IMG/VR virus record: IMGVR_UViG_3300045988_167206
Location: 108,686-172,685 of that record
DNA length: 64,000 bases
Direction: 5' to 3' (one strand)
From: a virus
Part shown: positions 18,300-26,446 of the stretch, one piece after another
Layout of the letters: each line of letters starts with the position of its first letter
How positions within the stretch are numbered: position 1 is the first letter of the stretch
Made by a program: the position numbers and the translations under genes
Notes under the pieces: model-generated
The model's database searches: none
The model's input: only the letters and a program-made list of their open reading frames with translations
What the model was told of the DNA's origin: nothing

Positions 18300-18454
18300 C
18301 ATCGGCAGGGAAGCGGAATTCTGCCTTCTAATTCTCTTATTACCTACTAAATTATAAAGAGCCATGGTTTTATAAAATTTCGGATCCTCTGTAGAAAGAG
18401 GATAACATTCTTTATAATTACTCATTCTGAGATTATACTTAGTACTTCCCCAAA

Positions 18455-18525
18455 TAGCGGAGGCTGGATTTGAACCAACGTCTCTAGAGCATGAATCTAG
18501 CAAGGAACCGCTCCTCTACTCCGCG
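18455..18525 (-). tRNA. tRNA with CAU anticodon (Met or Ile2-type), C1xU72 mismatch
   Basis: Anticodon arm CTAGA-UUCAUGC-TCTAG, T arm GTTGG-TTCAAAT-CCAGC, acceptor CGCGGAG/CTCCGCT with position 1:72 unpaired. 71 nt. Confidence 0.7.
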
Positions 18526-18704
18526 TTATTCGTATATTTATGGTAGAACTATATCTATGTCGTCTTACAACATACAGCATGTTCACTTATTGCCTACTAA
18601 AGATTTCGTACTTAAACCCGATCAGGAATATAATAAAATCACTCGGTTAACACATGCAATTATATTCCGTGTACCTATCTACACCAAACTTTCAGGCACC
18701 ATAG

Positions 18705-18778
18705 TTGGAATGACGGGATTTGAACCCACAACGTCTTGGTCCCAAACCAAGCGGACTGCCAAGTTGTCCTACATTCCA
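18705..18778 (-). tRNA. tRNA-Pro (UGG)
   Basis: Acceptor TGGAATG/CATTCCA (U1-A72), anticodon arm CTTGG-UUUGGGA-CCAAG, T loop TTCAAAT. Confidence 0.85.
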
Positions 18779-18786
18779 AAATTAAG

Positions 18787-18859
18787 CTCTCCCAGCAGGA
18801 CTCGAACCTGCGACACAACGGTTAACGGCCGTTTGCTCTACCAACTGAGCTATAAGAGA
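18787..18859 (-). tRNA. tRNA-Asn (GUU) with C at position 33
   Basis: TCTCTTA-TA-GCTC-AGTTGGTA-GAGC; anticodon arm AACGG-CCGUUAA-CCGTT; T arm GCAGG-TTCGAGT-CCTGC. Confidence 0.8.
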
Positions 18860-18898
18860 ATGTAATCAGGGTAGGAAAGTATCCTACCCTATATTTAG

Positions 18899-19174
18899 TT
18901 ACGCATTTACTGCTTCTTTGATCTGTTTTCCAAATTTACATCTTACAGCATTTTTAGCATCGACCATTACAGTTTCACCTGTTCTTGGATTACGAGCTGT
19001 ACGAGCATCCTTATGTACTGTAGAAAGTGTAACGCCATCCATCAGTTTAACCTCATCGCCTTTTACAAGTGTATCAAATGTAACTGCCTGGATAGCTTCC
19101 ATAACGGACTTAATATCCTTCTGTGTAAATCCTGTCTTTGTTGCAACTTCTTTAATCATTTCTACTTTGTTCAT
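18899..19174 (-). CDS. hup: HU/IHF-family DNA-binding protein
   Basis: 91 aa. MNKVEMIKEVATKTGFTQKD...ARTARNPRTGETVMVDAKNAVRCKFGKQIKEAVN matches the HU fold signature (R-N-P-x-T-G arm). Confidence 0.9.
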   Translation of the reverse strand: MNKVEMIKEVATKTGFTQKDIKSVMEAIQAVTFDTLVKGDEVKLMDGVTLSTVHKDARTARNPRTGETVMVDAKNAVRCKFGKQIKEAVNA

Positions 19175-19218
19175 TATAAATTTCTCCTTTTATTCATTAA
19201 AAATATAGTATTTTGTGT

Positions 19219-19247
19219 ATAATAAAAGCGGTGCATAAAACACCGCT
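19219..19247 (-). terminator. rho-independent terminator
   Basis: On the minus strand, AGCGGTG-ttttatg-CACCGCT followed by TTTTATTAT, between the 19265 stop and the HU gene. Confidence 0.6.
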
Positions 19248-19264
19248 GATATTGACGAGTTTAT

Positions 19265-19603
19265 TTAGTTGAAAATATTATTTGCGATCTCAGCTCCACG
19301 ATCACCAAGAATTTCACAAGATATAATGTAAGACACAATCTCATTTCCTTCTTTGTCTTCACGTTTTACTTCGATGCCTTTACATTTTGGATTTTTACAT
19401 GCCATAATGTTTCCGTGAATATAAGTCATTGGAAGACCACATGCTTTACATATATGCTTATTAACGAATGTTTTTTGCTGTTCTGCAAGCTTTTCGCTAT
19501 CTCGTGTCTTTTTGATGACTGGTTTCATTCCCCAACCTTCTCTAAGAGCAGCTAAAGATGTGTAATGTTCAGTAGTTCCCTTTGACATTCTATAGTTGTT
19601 CAT
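19265..19603 (-). CDS. zinc-ribbon protein, function unknown
   Basis: 112 aa with CKACG...CKNPKCKG. Confidence 0.6.
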   Translation of the reverse strand: MNNYRMSKGTTEHYTSLAALREGWGMKPVIKKTRDSEKLAEQQKTFVNKHICKACGLPMTYIHGNIMACKNPKCKGIEVKREDKEGNEIVSYIISCEILGDRGAEIANNIFN

Positions 19604-19877
19604 TGTAGATCTCCTTGTTTCTCAAATAATTATTTGTACACCCGGATGTACCAAGCCCATCCGGTAAGGCATTACCATTATCAAATTCGAATCCCATATT
19701 TCAACACGCATCGGCAATAGCGCAGAAGGTTTTACTTTTTTTCAAACAGCTGTCTGACCACATGTATCCATATTCTACGTATAAACATGGACCTGAAGGA
19801 TCAACGAAGCAAAAAGTTATTCCCCTCATATACCACACGCTATTCGAATTGCGAAAAACACTGATTTTATAAAGGTT

Positions 19878-22745
19878 TTAGAGCAACTTTTTTTTTGATA
19901 TTCTGCAGTTTTTCCGGAAATTTTGCAAAAATGCATTTTTGTCCATTCTATAAAGAAGATTTAAAAGATTGCGAGTGTATCTTGAATAATCTTTCTTTTT
20001 TCCTCTTGTACTTGTATTCAAAGCAATTTCAATTAAACGGCTCATTGTTTTCGGATTAGAAATTTTCATTTTTCGTAAATCAGTTAAAATTTCTTCAAAT
20101 CTTTCTGTATAAGCCATGATATCATCGTCAGACATATCATCTTTACTCAATTCATCTAATTCTTTGGCATAATTAATAATTTTTTCCATTTGTCTGTGAT
20201 TAGCCTTTCCAGGTACATCAACGATAAATTCTTTTATAGGAATAGCATCTTTTTGTGATGCCGGTGCAATCTCATTTAATATTCTTTCAAGAAAATTCAT
20301 AGGACATATATAATAGGAAGAAACTCTGTTATAAAGTTTGTTTTTCTGTTCCATAACAATCTCTCTATCAATTTCTTTACCATTTTTGGTATAAGCAATT
20401 TTTCGTGTAAACTTCATAAATTCCGGGAAATCTCGTTTTATTTTTTTCACATTTCCATCTTTATCAGTAATCTCTTCAACCTGGCACATACATGGCAACC
20501 CCTTTATTCGTTTAATTTCTTCTATAGCGTCAACTTCATACTCTCGTTTACATCCATCAATAATAACCTGGGCTAATACAGAAAGAATCACAAAATTATC
20601 GTATAATTCTTTGGATGGTTCGGTCCAATAGTATGTCATAGCAAGCTGTGCTAAGTTACTAGATTCTCCGATACCAATACGTGATTTTGCAAATTTGTTA
20701 TCCATACGAGCATATTCCTTCATTGTATTCTTATAGGTAAGACCACTTTCTTTAAGTTTGTTCACTATAGTAGGATATTTTTCGTATGCGGCTTTCGCAC
20801 TTTTTACCATTACTGGATTATTGGTCACAAAGAAAAAATCGGAATCAAAATCACATCCATTGGCACGATCCTGAATATCTGTTTCGATACAGTTCACAAA
20901 CATAATGTTGTTACTTATCTTAAAATAACGAGATAATTCAGGACTATAATGATTATGTAAATAGCAAATGTTATTTGGACTATTATGTGGATTTCTGATA
21001 CCACATAGATATTCGCCATCATCAAAACGAGTAGTATAACACTGAATTGTTCCAGGCTCCGGGCGAAGAGTGGGATCTGACTCCGGATCTTCACCAACTG
21101 CTTTTAATAAAAGTGCATATGGATTACCAAAAATCGTAAGATTGTCGCCGTCTATAGTAATTTTACCGTTACGAAGTCTATTTACATAGTTACGAAGAAT
21201 CTGCCTTTTCTCGTATCTAAACCAAGTACTATCACCAAATTCATAGTCCTGGTCATATAGATCTGCTAACATCTCATAATGGTTTACTATAGTAGCATTT
21301 TTTCTCAGGAACCGCTCGAAGATATCATTTTCCAGCTTCATATCTTCAACATAATCAACACTGGTTCTCGCCAATTCACGTACTTCAGACATTCCACAGC
21401 ATAATAATTCACTATCTTCTTCATAAGATGGGAGAGTATTGATCATCTGATAGCTCATCTGCTGAACGCTGCCTAATTTACTTGGATGATCAGTTTTTAC
21501 CACGCCCCAGTAGCTTCCGTCTGCATCAACACGATCACACCAATATTTATAGGCCGCTTCAGGTGTTTTTCCCATCAAATCCATGAATTTCTTCCATTTA
21601 ATGGCATTATCAGTAGTGATCATCTTAATATCTTTGAGTTTGTGTGATACTCCGAACATATCTTTAACTTCATATGTTTCGTAGTCTAAATCATGTTCCT
21701 CGCACCAGTCCTTAAAAAATAGCTGCAATTTACTTTTGATTGCACATGCCTTAAAGAAATGTTGCCTGAGCAACGCCATACCATTGATCCATTTAGGTAA
21801 AATAGAGATATCTGCAAGAGCAAGTCCATCATGTAATGTATTTTTTACCTCTGTCTCTTCATCAGAAACAACACATTTTTTCTTTGTTACCGGCACCATT
21901 TTATATCTCCGGCTGAATTTAGGAGTAACACCATCTTTTAAAAATTTCTTCTCTCGAATAGCTTTTTGTTTTGCTGCTTCAGTAGCTTCTTCATCAAGAA
22001 CCTTTTCGTATGCTATATATTCTTCAGCTTTTACTATTTTAGCCATAGTCTTAAAAAAGCTATCAGTGTCCTTTAGAATCAAAATATCTCTAACAGGGCA
22101 ATAAAACTTTCCTACTATGGTAGAAGTAGTAAGAGGAGCATAAGCAGACATCTCTACAATTTTTGCATTATCAATAGGCATTTTCTTTCCGAGTCCCATT
22201 GTAAGCCAATCATAAGACTTCTTATATAATTTGCTATTGATAAACATTACCTGGCCGATCTTAGCTTTAGAGGAGTTACGATACAGCATTTTATAATTAA
22301 TAGTCTGGCTTTTTTCACCATCTTTTTTAGTGTATTTCGATTTATATTCTATGTTAACTCCTTGATCATAGAACAACTCACGTATTTCATCCTTAGATAA
22401 TTTCCAATAATTATCTTTATTTTTTTCTACATTATCAAATATCTGCTGGATTTTTTTCTTTGATTCCGCTGTAAGAGAAGCATCATGTTTAAAACCTTTA
22501 AATTGTTTACGTAAATGATCAAGTTCTTCTTCGTAACTTCTGCTACCAAAATCAAAATCCAAACAGATAATATCTCTAGTACTCGTATCATTCCAAACAT
22601 TAAGGCCATTTTCTCTAATCCAATCATAAAACAGACTATTGCTAAACATTGCTTCAGTCGAATCATAATGATCACGAACTCCCTGATTACAACCAAATAG
22701 AGTACCGGCTTTAATATTCCGTATTTTTAAACCAAATTCAGACAA
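19878..22745 (-). CDS. putative single-subunit two-barrel RNA polymerase (YonO / cellular-RdRP-like)
   Basis: 955 aa. The segment GIRNPHNSPNNICYL...IMFVNCIETDIQDRANGCDFDSDFFFVTNNP resembles the RdRP/QDE-1/YonO catalytic barrel signature (R-x-P-x-x-H-P...D-x-D-G/S-D). Confidence 0.6.
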   Translation of the reverse strand: MSEFGLKIRNIKAGTLFGCNQGVRDHYDSTEAMFSNSLFYDWIRENGLNVWNDTSTRDIICLDFDFGSRSYEEELDHLRKQFKGFKHDASLTAESKKKIQQIFDNVEKNKDNYWKLSKDEIRELFYDQGVNIEYKSKYTKKDGEKSQTINYKMLYRNSSKAKIGQVMFINSKLYKKSYDWLTMGLGKKMPIDNAKIVEMSAYAPLTTSTIVGKFYCPVRDILILKDTDSFFKTMAKIVKAEEYIAYEKVLDEEATEAAKQKAIREKKFLKDGVTPKFSRRYKMVPVTKKKCVVSDEETEVKNTLHDGLALADISILPKWINGMALLRQHFFKACAIKSKLQLFFKDWCEEHDLDYETYEVKDMFGVSHKLKDIKMITTDNAIKWKKFMDLMGKTPEAAYKYWCDRVDADGSYWGVVKTDHPSKLGSVQQMSYQMINTLPSYEEDSELLCCGMSEVRELARTSVDYVEDMKLENDIFERFLRKNATIVNHYEMLADLYDQDYEFGDSTWFRYEKRQILRNYVNRLRNGKITIDGDNLTIFGNPYALLLKAVGEDPESDPTLRPEPGTIQCYTTRFDDGEYLCGIRNPHNSPNNICYLHNHYSPELSRYFKISNNIMFVNCIETDIQDRANGCDFDSDFFFVTNNPVMVKSAKAAYEKYPTIVNKLKESGLTYKNTMKEYARMDNKFAKSRIGIGESSNLAQLAMTYYWTEPSKELYDNFVILSVLAQVIIDGCKREYEVDAIEEIKRIKGLPCMCQVEEITDKDGNVKKIKRDFPEFMKFTRKIAYTKNGKEIDREIVMEQKNKLYNRVSSYYICPMNFLERILNEIAPASQKDAIPIKEFIVDVPGKANHRQMEKIINYAKELDELSKDDMSDDDIMAYTERFEEILTDLRKMKISNPKTMSRLIEIALNTSTRGKKKDYSRYTRNLLNLLYRMDKNAFLQNFRKNCRISKKKLL

Positions 22746-24487
22746 TAATGATCAGACCTCCTTGCTAATGTTTCATTTGATCTAGCAAGATCGTTAGAGG
22801 ATATTATTTCGTATGTAGGAAGATGGTGACTGTCTCGTGGTAATATAATAGGATTGGACACAGAATTTAAATCAAGAGTTTCCGCTCTATGACCTATTGA
22901 ATTTGCTTCACTTGGATAAGCATATGCATGACTACTTATATGGGCAGCAGAAGTAATAGTTCCATTTTCAGATGTAGGTAATGGTCTAATTGAATCAATA
23001 TCAAGGTGATGCTCTCCAAGAATGAAATTCATACTCCCAATAGATAAATTTCCACTAAGATATTCAATTTTATTATTTGATTTTTCTTTTTGTAGTGTTC
23101 TCAATTTTTTCAATTTTACATTTAACTCATTATTGGCCTTATTTAACGCCTGGTTAATAGATTTCCGACTATAATAAGTCTTTTTATGCATAAGTTGGGT
23201 TTTCAACCTAGTAATTTCAGTTTTTAAATATTTTATTTCTTTTTTTAATTGATCATCTTCATGCAACTTATTATATCTTCCAATATAATACTCATTAAGC
23301 GCGGGAGAAAATAATTTTGTCAAATCATTCCAAGAAGCAAACTCGATTTCTTCAATACTAACCGATTTTGCATAATCAATAATATTCTTAACAAATTCTA
23401 AAGTAAGAAGAAAAGTTTCATATTTTAATGTACTTTTAAACATTCTGAATTCAATGGTATCCGGATGCTGTAAATTCAGCGCAGCCTTCTTACCTTCATC
23501 TGAATATTTTCCAAATAATGTGATAGCGGTATCATCTTTTCCTCGATCACCAACAAATCTACTATAATCTGTATGCCGTCTTCCAATAACACAAATTTCA
23601 TCATTAAATTTCTCAATGATATATAGAATCTTTGAAATTACAAGCTCCTGTTGTAATTTAGTTTTACCTAGGTAAGATCTGTTTGCATGAATATGTAATC
23701 CGGCATTACTACAGTCATGTCCTTTATAACCTTGTTCATCAAGATATTTAAACATTTCTTTATAATTCATTTTGGTCTGATGGAATTTAAGACTGCATGG
23801 CATTGTATCAAGTTCGATTTGTACAGTCCCATCATGTGTACTATAAATATATTTCTCTTCATCAGAATCTGAAGTATTCATGATCTGAATACATTTTTTT
23901 ACAACATCCTGCTTAATAATTTGATCTATTTCTGGAAGATTTCCTGCAACCTCAATTTCTGCACCAAGTAGAAGAGTAGTAGATGGATCTTCATCTTCAC
24001 AGAAATATCTTAAATATTCAGGTTTATAGTCATATGAATGAATATAATATTTTATTCCTGTATTAGAAACTCTGCGTTGAGTCTCTAATCTTCTTATATT
24101 GTTATCTCGATTAGTAGAAAGTCTACCGCTATACCAATTAAATATATCGTTTGATGAATTAAACGGTATTAATCCATGTGAACCAAGATCATCTATATAT
24201 TCGTCACTATAATACATACAACAGGGATCGAAATAAAACCTGTTGCTATAATTATCTGTAAATTCAATTAATGTATCTTTCACTAATTTACAAAAATCCA
24301 CATAATTAAAATTATAAGTATACCATCTATGATTATCTCGTATATGTTCACACATTATTCTGAGTGTTGATTGGCTATTAATATTTATTTGTACATCAAT
24401 ATCAGTCACCAAATTTCCATCTATAGTAAGTGGATCCTGCAGACTTATAATATGTCCATCAAGTTCCATATCTGGTAGTAATCTCAT
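22727..24487 (-). CDS. amidoligase-like (glutamine-synthetase-fold COOH-NH2 ligase) protein with C-terminal coiled coil
   Basis: LLLGAEIEVAG, STHDGTVQIELDTMPC, NAGLHIHANR and DTIEFRMFKSTL occur in the order expected for the Amidoligase_2 family. C-terminal K/E-rich helix. Confidence 0.65.
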   Translation of the reverse strand: MRLLPDMELDGHIISLQDPLTIDGNLVTDIDVQININSQSTLRIMCEHIRDNHRWYTYNFNYVDFCKLVKDTLIEFTDNYSNRFYFDPCCMYYSDEYIDDLGSHGLIPFNSSNDIFNWYSGRLSTNRDNNIRRLETQRRVSNTGIKYYIHSYDYKPEYLRYFCEDEDPSTTLLLGAEIEVAGNLPEIDQIIKQDVVKKCIQIMNTSDSDEEKYIYSTHDGTVQIELDTMPCSLKFHQTKMNYKEMFKYLDEQGYKGHDCSNAGLHIHANRSYLGKTKLQQELVISKILYIIEKFNDEICVIGRRHTDYSRFVGDRGKDDTAITLFGKYSDEGKKAALNLQHPDTIEFRMFKSTLKYETFLLTLEFVKNIIDYAKSVSIEEIEFASWNDLTKLFSPALNEYYIGRYNKLHEDDQLKKEIKYLKTEITRLKTQLMHKKTYYSRKSINQALNKANNELNVKLKKLRTLQKEKSNNKIEYLSGNLSIGSMNFILGEHHLDIDSIRPLPTSENGTITSAAHISSHAYAYPSEANSIGHRAETLDLNSVSNPIILPRDSHHLPTYEIISSNDLARSNETLARRSDHYCLNLV

Positions 24488-24630
24488 TCTTCCTTCTCCT
24501 TCCTATCATTATCTTTATAAATAGTATCTTCATATTTCTTTTGAATAGCACATAATATCCAACATAAGAAAACCAATAATAAAATCATACAAACTACAAA
24601 AATAATGACTGCAATATTTAATAAATTCAT
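24484..24630 (-). CDS. small membrane protein (48 aa)
   Basis: Not in the ORF track (under 60 aa). ATG 24630 has AGAGGA upstream. MNLLNIAVIIFVVCMILLLVFLCWILCAIQKK... Its stop overlaps the ATG of the amidoligase gene (ATGA). Confidence 0.5.
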   Translation of the reverse strand: MNLLNIAVIIFVVCMILLLVFLCWILCAIQKKYEDTIYKDNDRKEKEE

Positions 24631-24633
24631 AAA

Positions 24634-24879
24634 TCATTCCTCTTTTTTTAATAATTTTTCTATGGTATCATTGGCTTTTTCTATAACGTCTTTATCAATA
24701 TTTACATTATTAGCGGCAAACAATAACTTCTCACCGCAATGCTTACAAACATCTAATTTTTTATATCCACTCCATATCCACTCTCCGCACATTATGTTCC
24801 AAAATCTTCCAGAGCGTTTTACCTTATAATGGTAATCTGCTTCGTTCTCATGACAAATATCACAAATACATTTTTTCAT
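24634..24879 (-). CDS. zinc-ribbon protein
   Basis: 81 aa with CICDICHEN...CKHCGEK. Confidence 0.55.
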   Translation of the reverse strand: MKKCICDICHENEADYHYKVKRSGRFWNIMCGEWIWSGYKKLDVCKHCGEKLLFAANNVNIDKDVIEKANDTIEKLLKKEE

Positions 24880-24882
24880 TAT

Positions 24883-25191
24883 TTAATTCTCCTCTATTAT
24901 GGCAATAGCTTTCTTAGTACAAGGATCAGGATATATTTGTTTTATTCCATATTCTGGTAACGCCCATTCTTCCCATGGAATGAAATCATGTTTTATAATT
25001 CCATTTTCTCCTATAGAAATGTCTTCTGTGTTTAAAACAGCACTATAAATAATAACCGTAACGTCAGAGAATATTTTATTTCCGACAGAAGAATATACAG
25101 CGACTCCTTTGTATGTTATTTTGTAAGTACCATCTGTATTTCTTTCAATAAGAACCGACTGTGGTTTTTTATCAGCAATAATACGAAACAT
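24883..25191 (-). CDS. hypothetical protein
   Basis: 102-aa ORF. Its C-terminal EEW-x2-P-x2-GIK motif is shared with the 26447..26995 product. Confidence 0.55.
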   Translation of the reverse strand: MFRIIADKKPQSVLIERNTDGTYKITYKGVAVYSSVGNKIFSDVTVIIYSAVLNTEDISIGENGIIKHDFIPWEEWALPEYGIKQIYPDPCTKKAIAIIEEN

Positions 25192-25202
25192 AATTAATCC
25201 TC

Positions 25203-26099
25203 CTAAACAAATACTAATTCGTTAATATAATCTCTGCCTTTGCCTTTAAATACCGGAATATTATTATCAATGGTCCAATAGGATCGTTGTGTTTCACATC
25301 TAATTTCTCCAATTCTTTTGTTATCATCTTTAACAGGTTTCCATCCTTCATGATTTTCATAAGTTTTAATACAACAGAATCCGCGTTGTTTGCCAATTTT
25401 AAAATCATTATCAAAATCAATATTTTTCTGCTCATGTAACATTTCTTTAATGGCAGCAGTACTTTTATTCTGTAATTCCTTTTGTGTAAAATTTGCCTGG
25501 CCAACCATCTGAATAGAATTACGAATACAATCTTGCTGCCGCCAGAAAAAATAATTTGCGATCTCATCTTTAGAGAGATTAAAACACCTTGAATCAAAAC
25601 CTCTGTATTTAAATTCAAGCGCATTCCATAAACGTTGCATATATTCAATATCGGATTTTTCTTTATCTGTTAAATCTTTATAAGTTCCACCCATATCATA
25701 ATCCGGAATGTTTCTATATCCATATCTTTCAATATTTTCCTTAAACATTTCTTCAAAAAATGTTGTAGCAAGAGCAGCAGAAGTGCTGACTATTTTCTGA
25801 ATTCTATTATCAAACCAAGGCTGAGTATCAAAATTTTTATAATCAATAAGAAGTAATGAAATTTCATCAGACTGAGTATATGCAAGAACACAATTCTGCA
25901 CATTCTGACACATATATAATGCAGTCTGTTGCATAGTATCAATTAAAATATCATCAAATGGTTTCCTGAATCCTCTTGTAAAACTATGGAAGCTGCGGCC
26001 ATCAAGTCTAATAATTACCGGTAATCTTCGGATTAACTTTTGATCCGTAATCTTTTCGTAGTCTTTCATTCTAATATCTAAATCTGTATATGCTGGCAT
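25203..26099 (-). CDS. Thg1-like protein (tRNA-His guanylyltransferase family 3'-5' nucleotidyltransferase)
   Basis: VIIRLDGRSFHSFTRGFRKPFD, LAYTQSDEISLLL, FDSRCF...YFFWRQQDCIRNSI and NIDFDNDFKIGKQRG align motif-for-motif with eukaryotic Thg1 (VVVRLDGRNFHRF..KPND, YGQSDEYSFVF, FDGRVV..YLSWRQADCHINNL). Confidence 0.9.
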   Translation of the reverse strand: MPAYTDLDIRMKDYEKITDQKLIRRLPVIIRLDGRSFHSFTRGFRKPFDDILIDTMQQTALYMCQNVQNCVLAYTQSDEISLLLIDYKNFDTQPWFDNRIQKIVSTSAALATTFFEEMFKENIERYGYRNIPDYDMGGTYKDLTDKEKSDIEYMQRLWNALEFKYRGFDSRCFNLSKDEIANYFFWRQQDCIRNSIQMVGQANFTQKELQNKSTAAIKEMLHEQKNIDFDNDFKIGKQRGFCCIKTYENHEGWKPVKDDNKRIGEIRCETQRSYWTIDNNIPVFKGKGRDYINELVFV

Positions 26100-26130
26100 T
26101 GATTAATTCTCCTTAAATATTTTGTAAATT

Positions 26131-26436
26131 TCATTTTTTCTGAAATTCTTTAACAGAAAGAGTATGTTCGTGAGTAATCTCAATCCAATTATAATTATTC
26201 AGCGTTTTTTTAGATGCTTCTAGGTATTTATCATAAATTTCTTTTACACATTCTTTGCTGCAACAATCATATGTTTTTGAATCACCCCAGTTATCATGTT
26301 TATCAACGTCTTGTATTGTTACTAACCAATAATGCTGCGGAACCTTCATTTTCTTGTTACATACATCGCAGAAATAATTATGTTCAACAACTACTTCTTG
26401 CGTTACCTGATGTTTTTCTGTTTTATTTTCAATCAT
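26131..26436 (-). CDS. Cys-rich hypothetical protein
   Basis: ORF track 26131..26454 trimmed to ATG 26436 (GAGGAG upstream). Contains CDVCNKK...CCSKEC. Confidence 0.55.
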   Translation of the reverse strand: MIENKTEKHQVTQEVVVEHNYFCDVCNKKMKVPQHYWLVTIQDVDKHDNWGDSKTYDCCSKECVKEIYDKYLEASKKTLNNYNWIEITHEHTLSVKEFQKK

Positions 26437-26446
26437 ATATACTCCT

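Noticed and set aside
18300-18454. tRNA-like element containing the hairpin ATCCTCT-TTCTAC-AGAGGAT (CUA in the loop), with 7-bp complementarity GGGGAAG/CTTCCCT between its ends
   Set aside because: The loop is 6 or 8 nt rather than 7. No D arm or T arm could be built, and the end-pairing competes with a local GGCAG/CTGCC hairpin. It is probably just spacer structure.
17063-18865. Track ORFs 17063..17356(+), 18276..18503(-) and 18491..18865(+)
   Set aside because: They run through tRNA genes and spacers, lack SD sites and have odd composition. They are artefacts of the tRNA array.
26100-26130. Extra copy of the 15-mer upstream of the Thg1-like gene (TGAAATTTACAAAATATTTAAGGAG on the minus strand)
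   Set aside because: It has only a loose resemblance, with the order of A/T blocks shifted. It is not counted as a motif copy.
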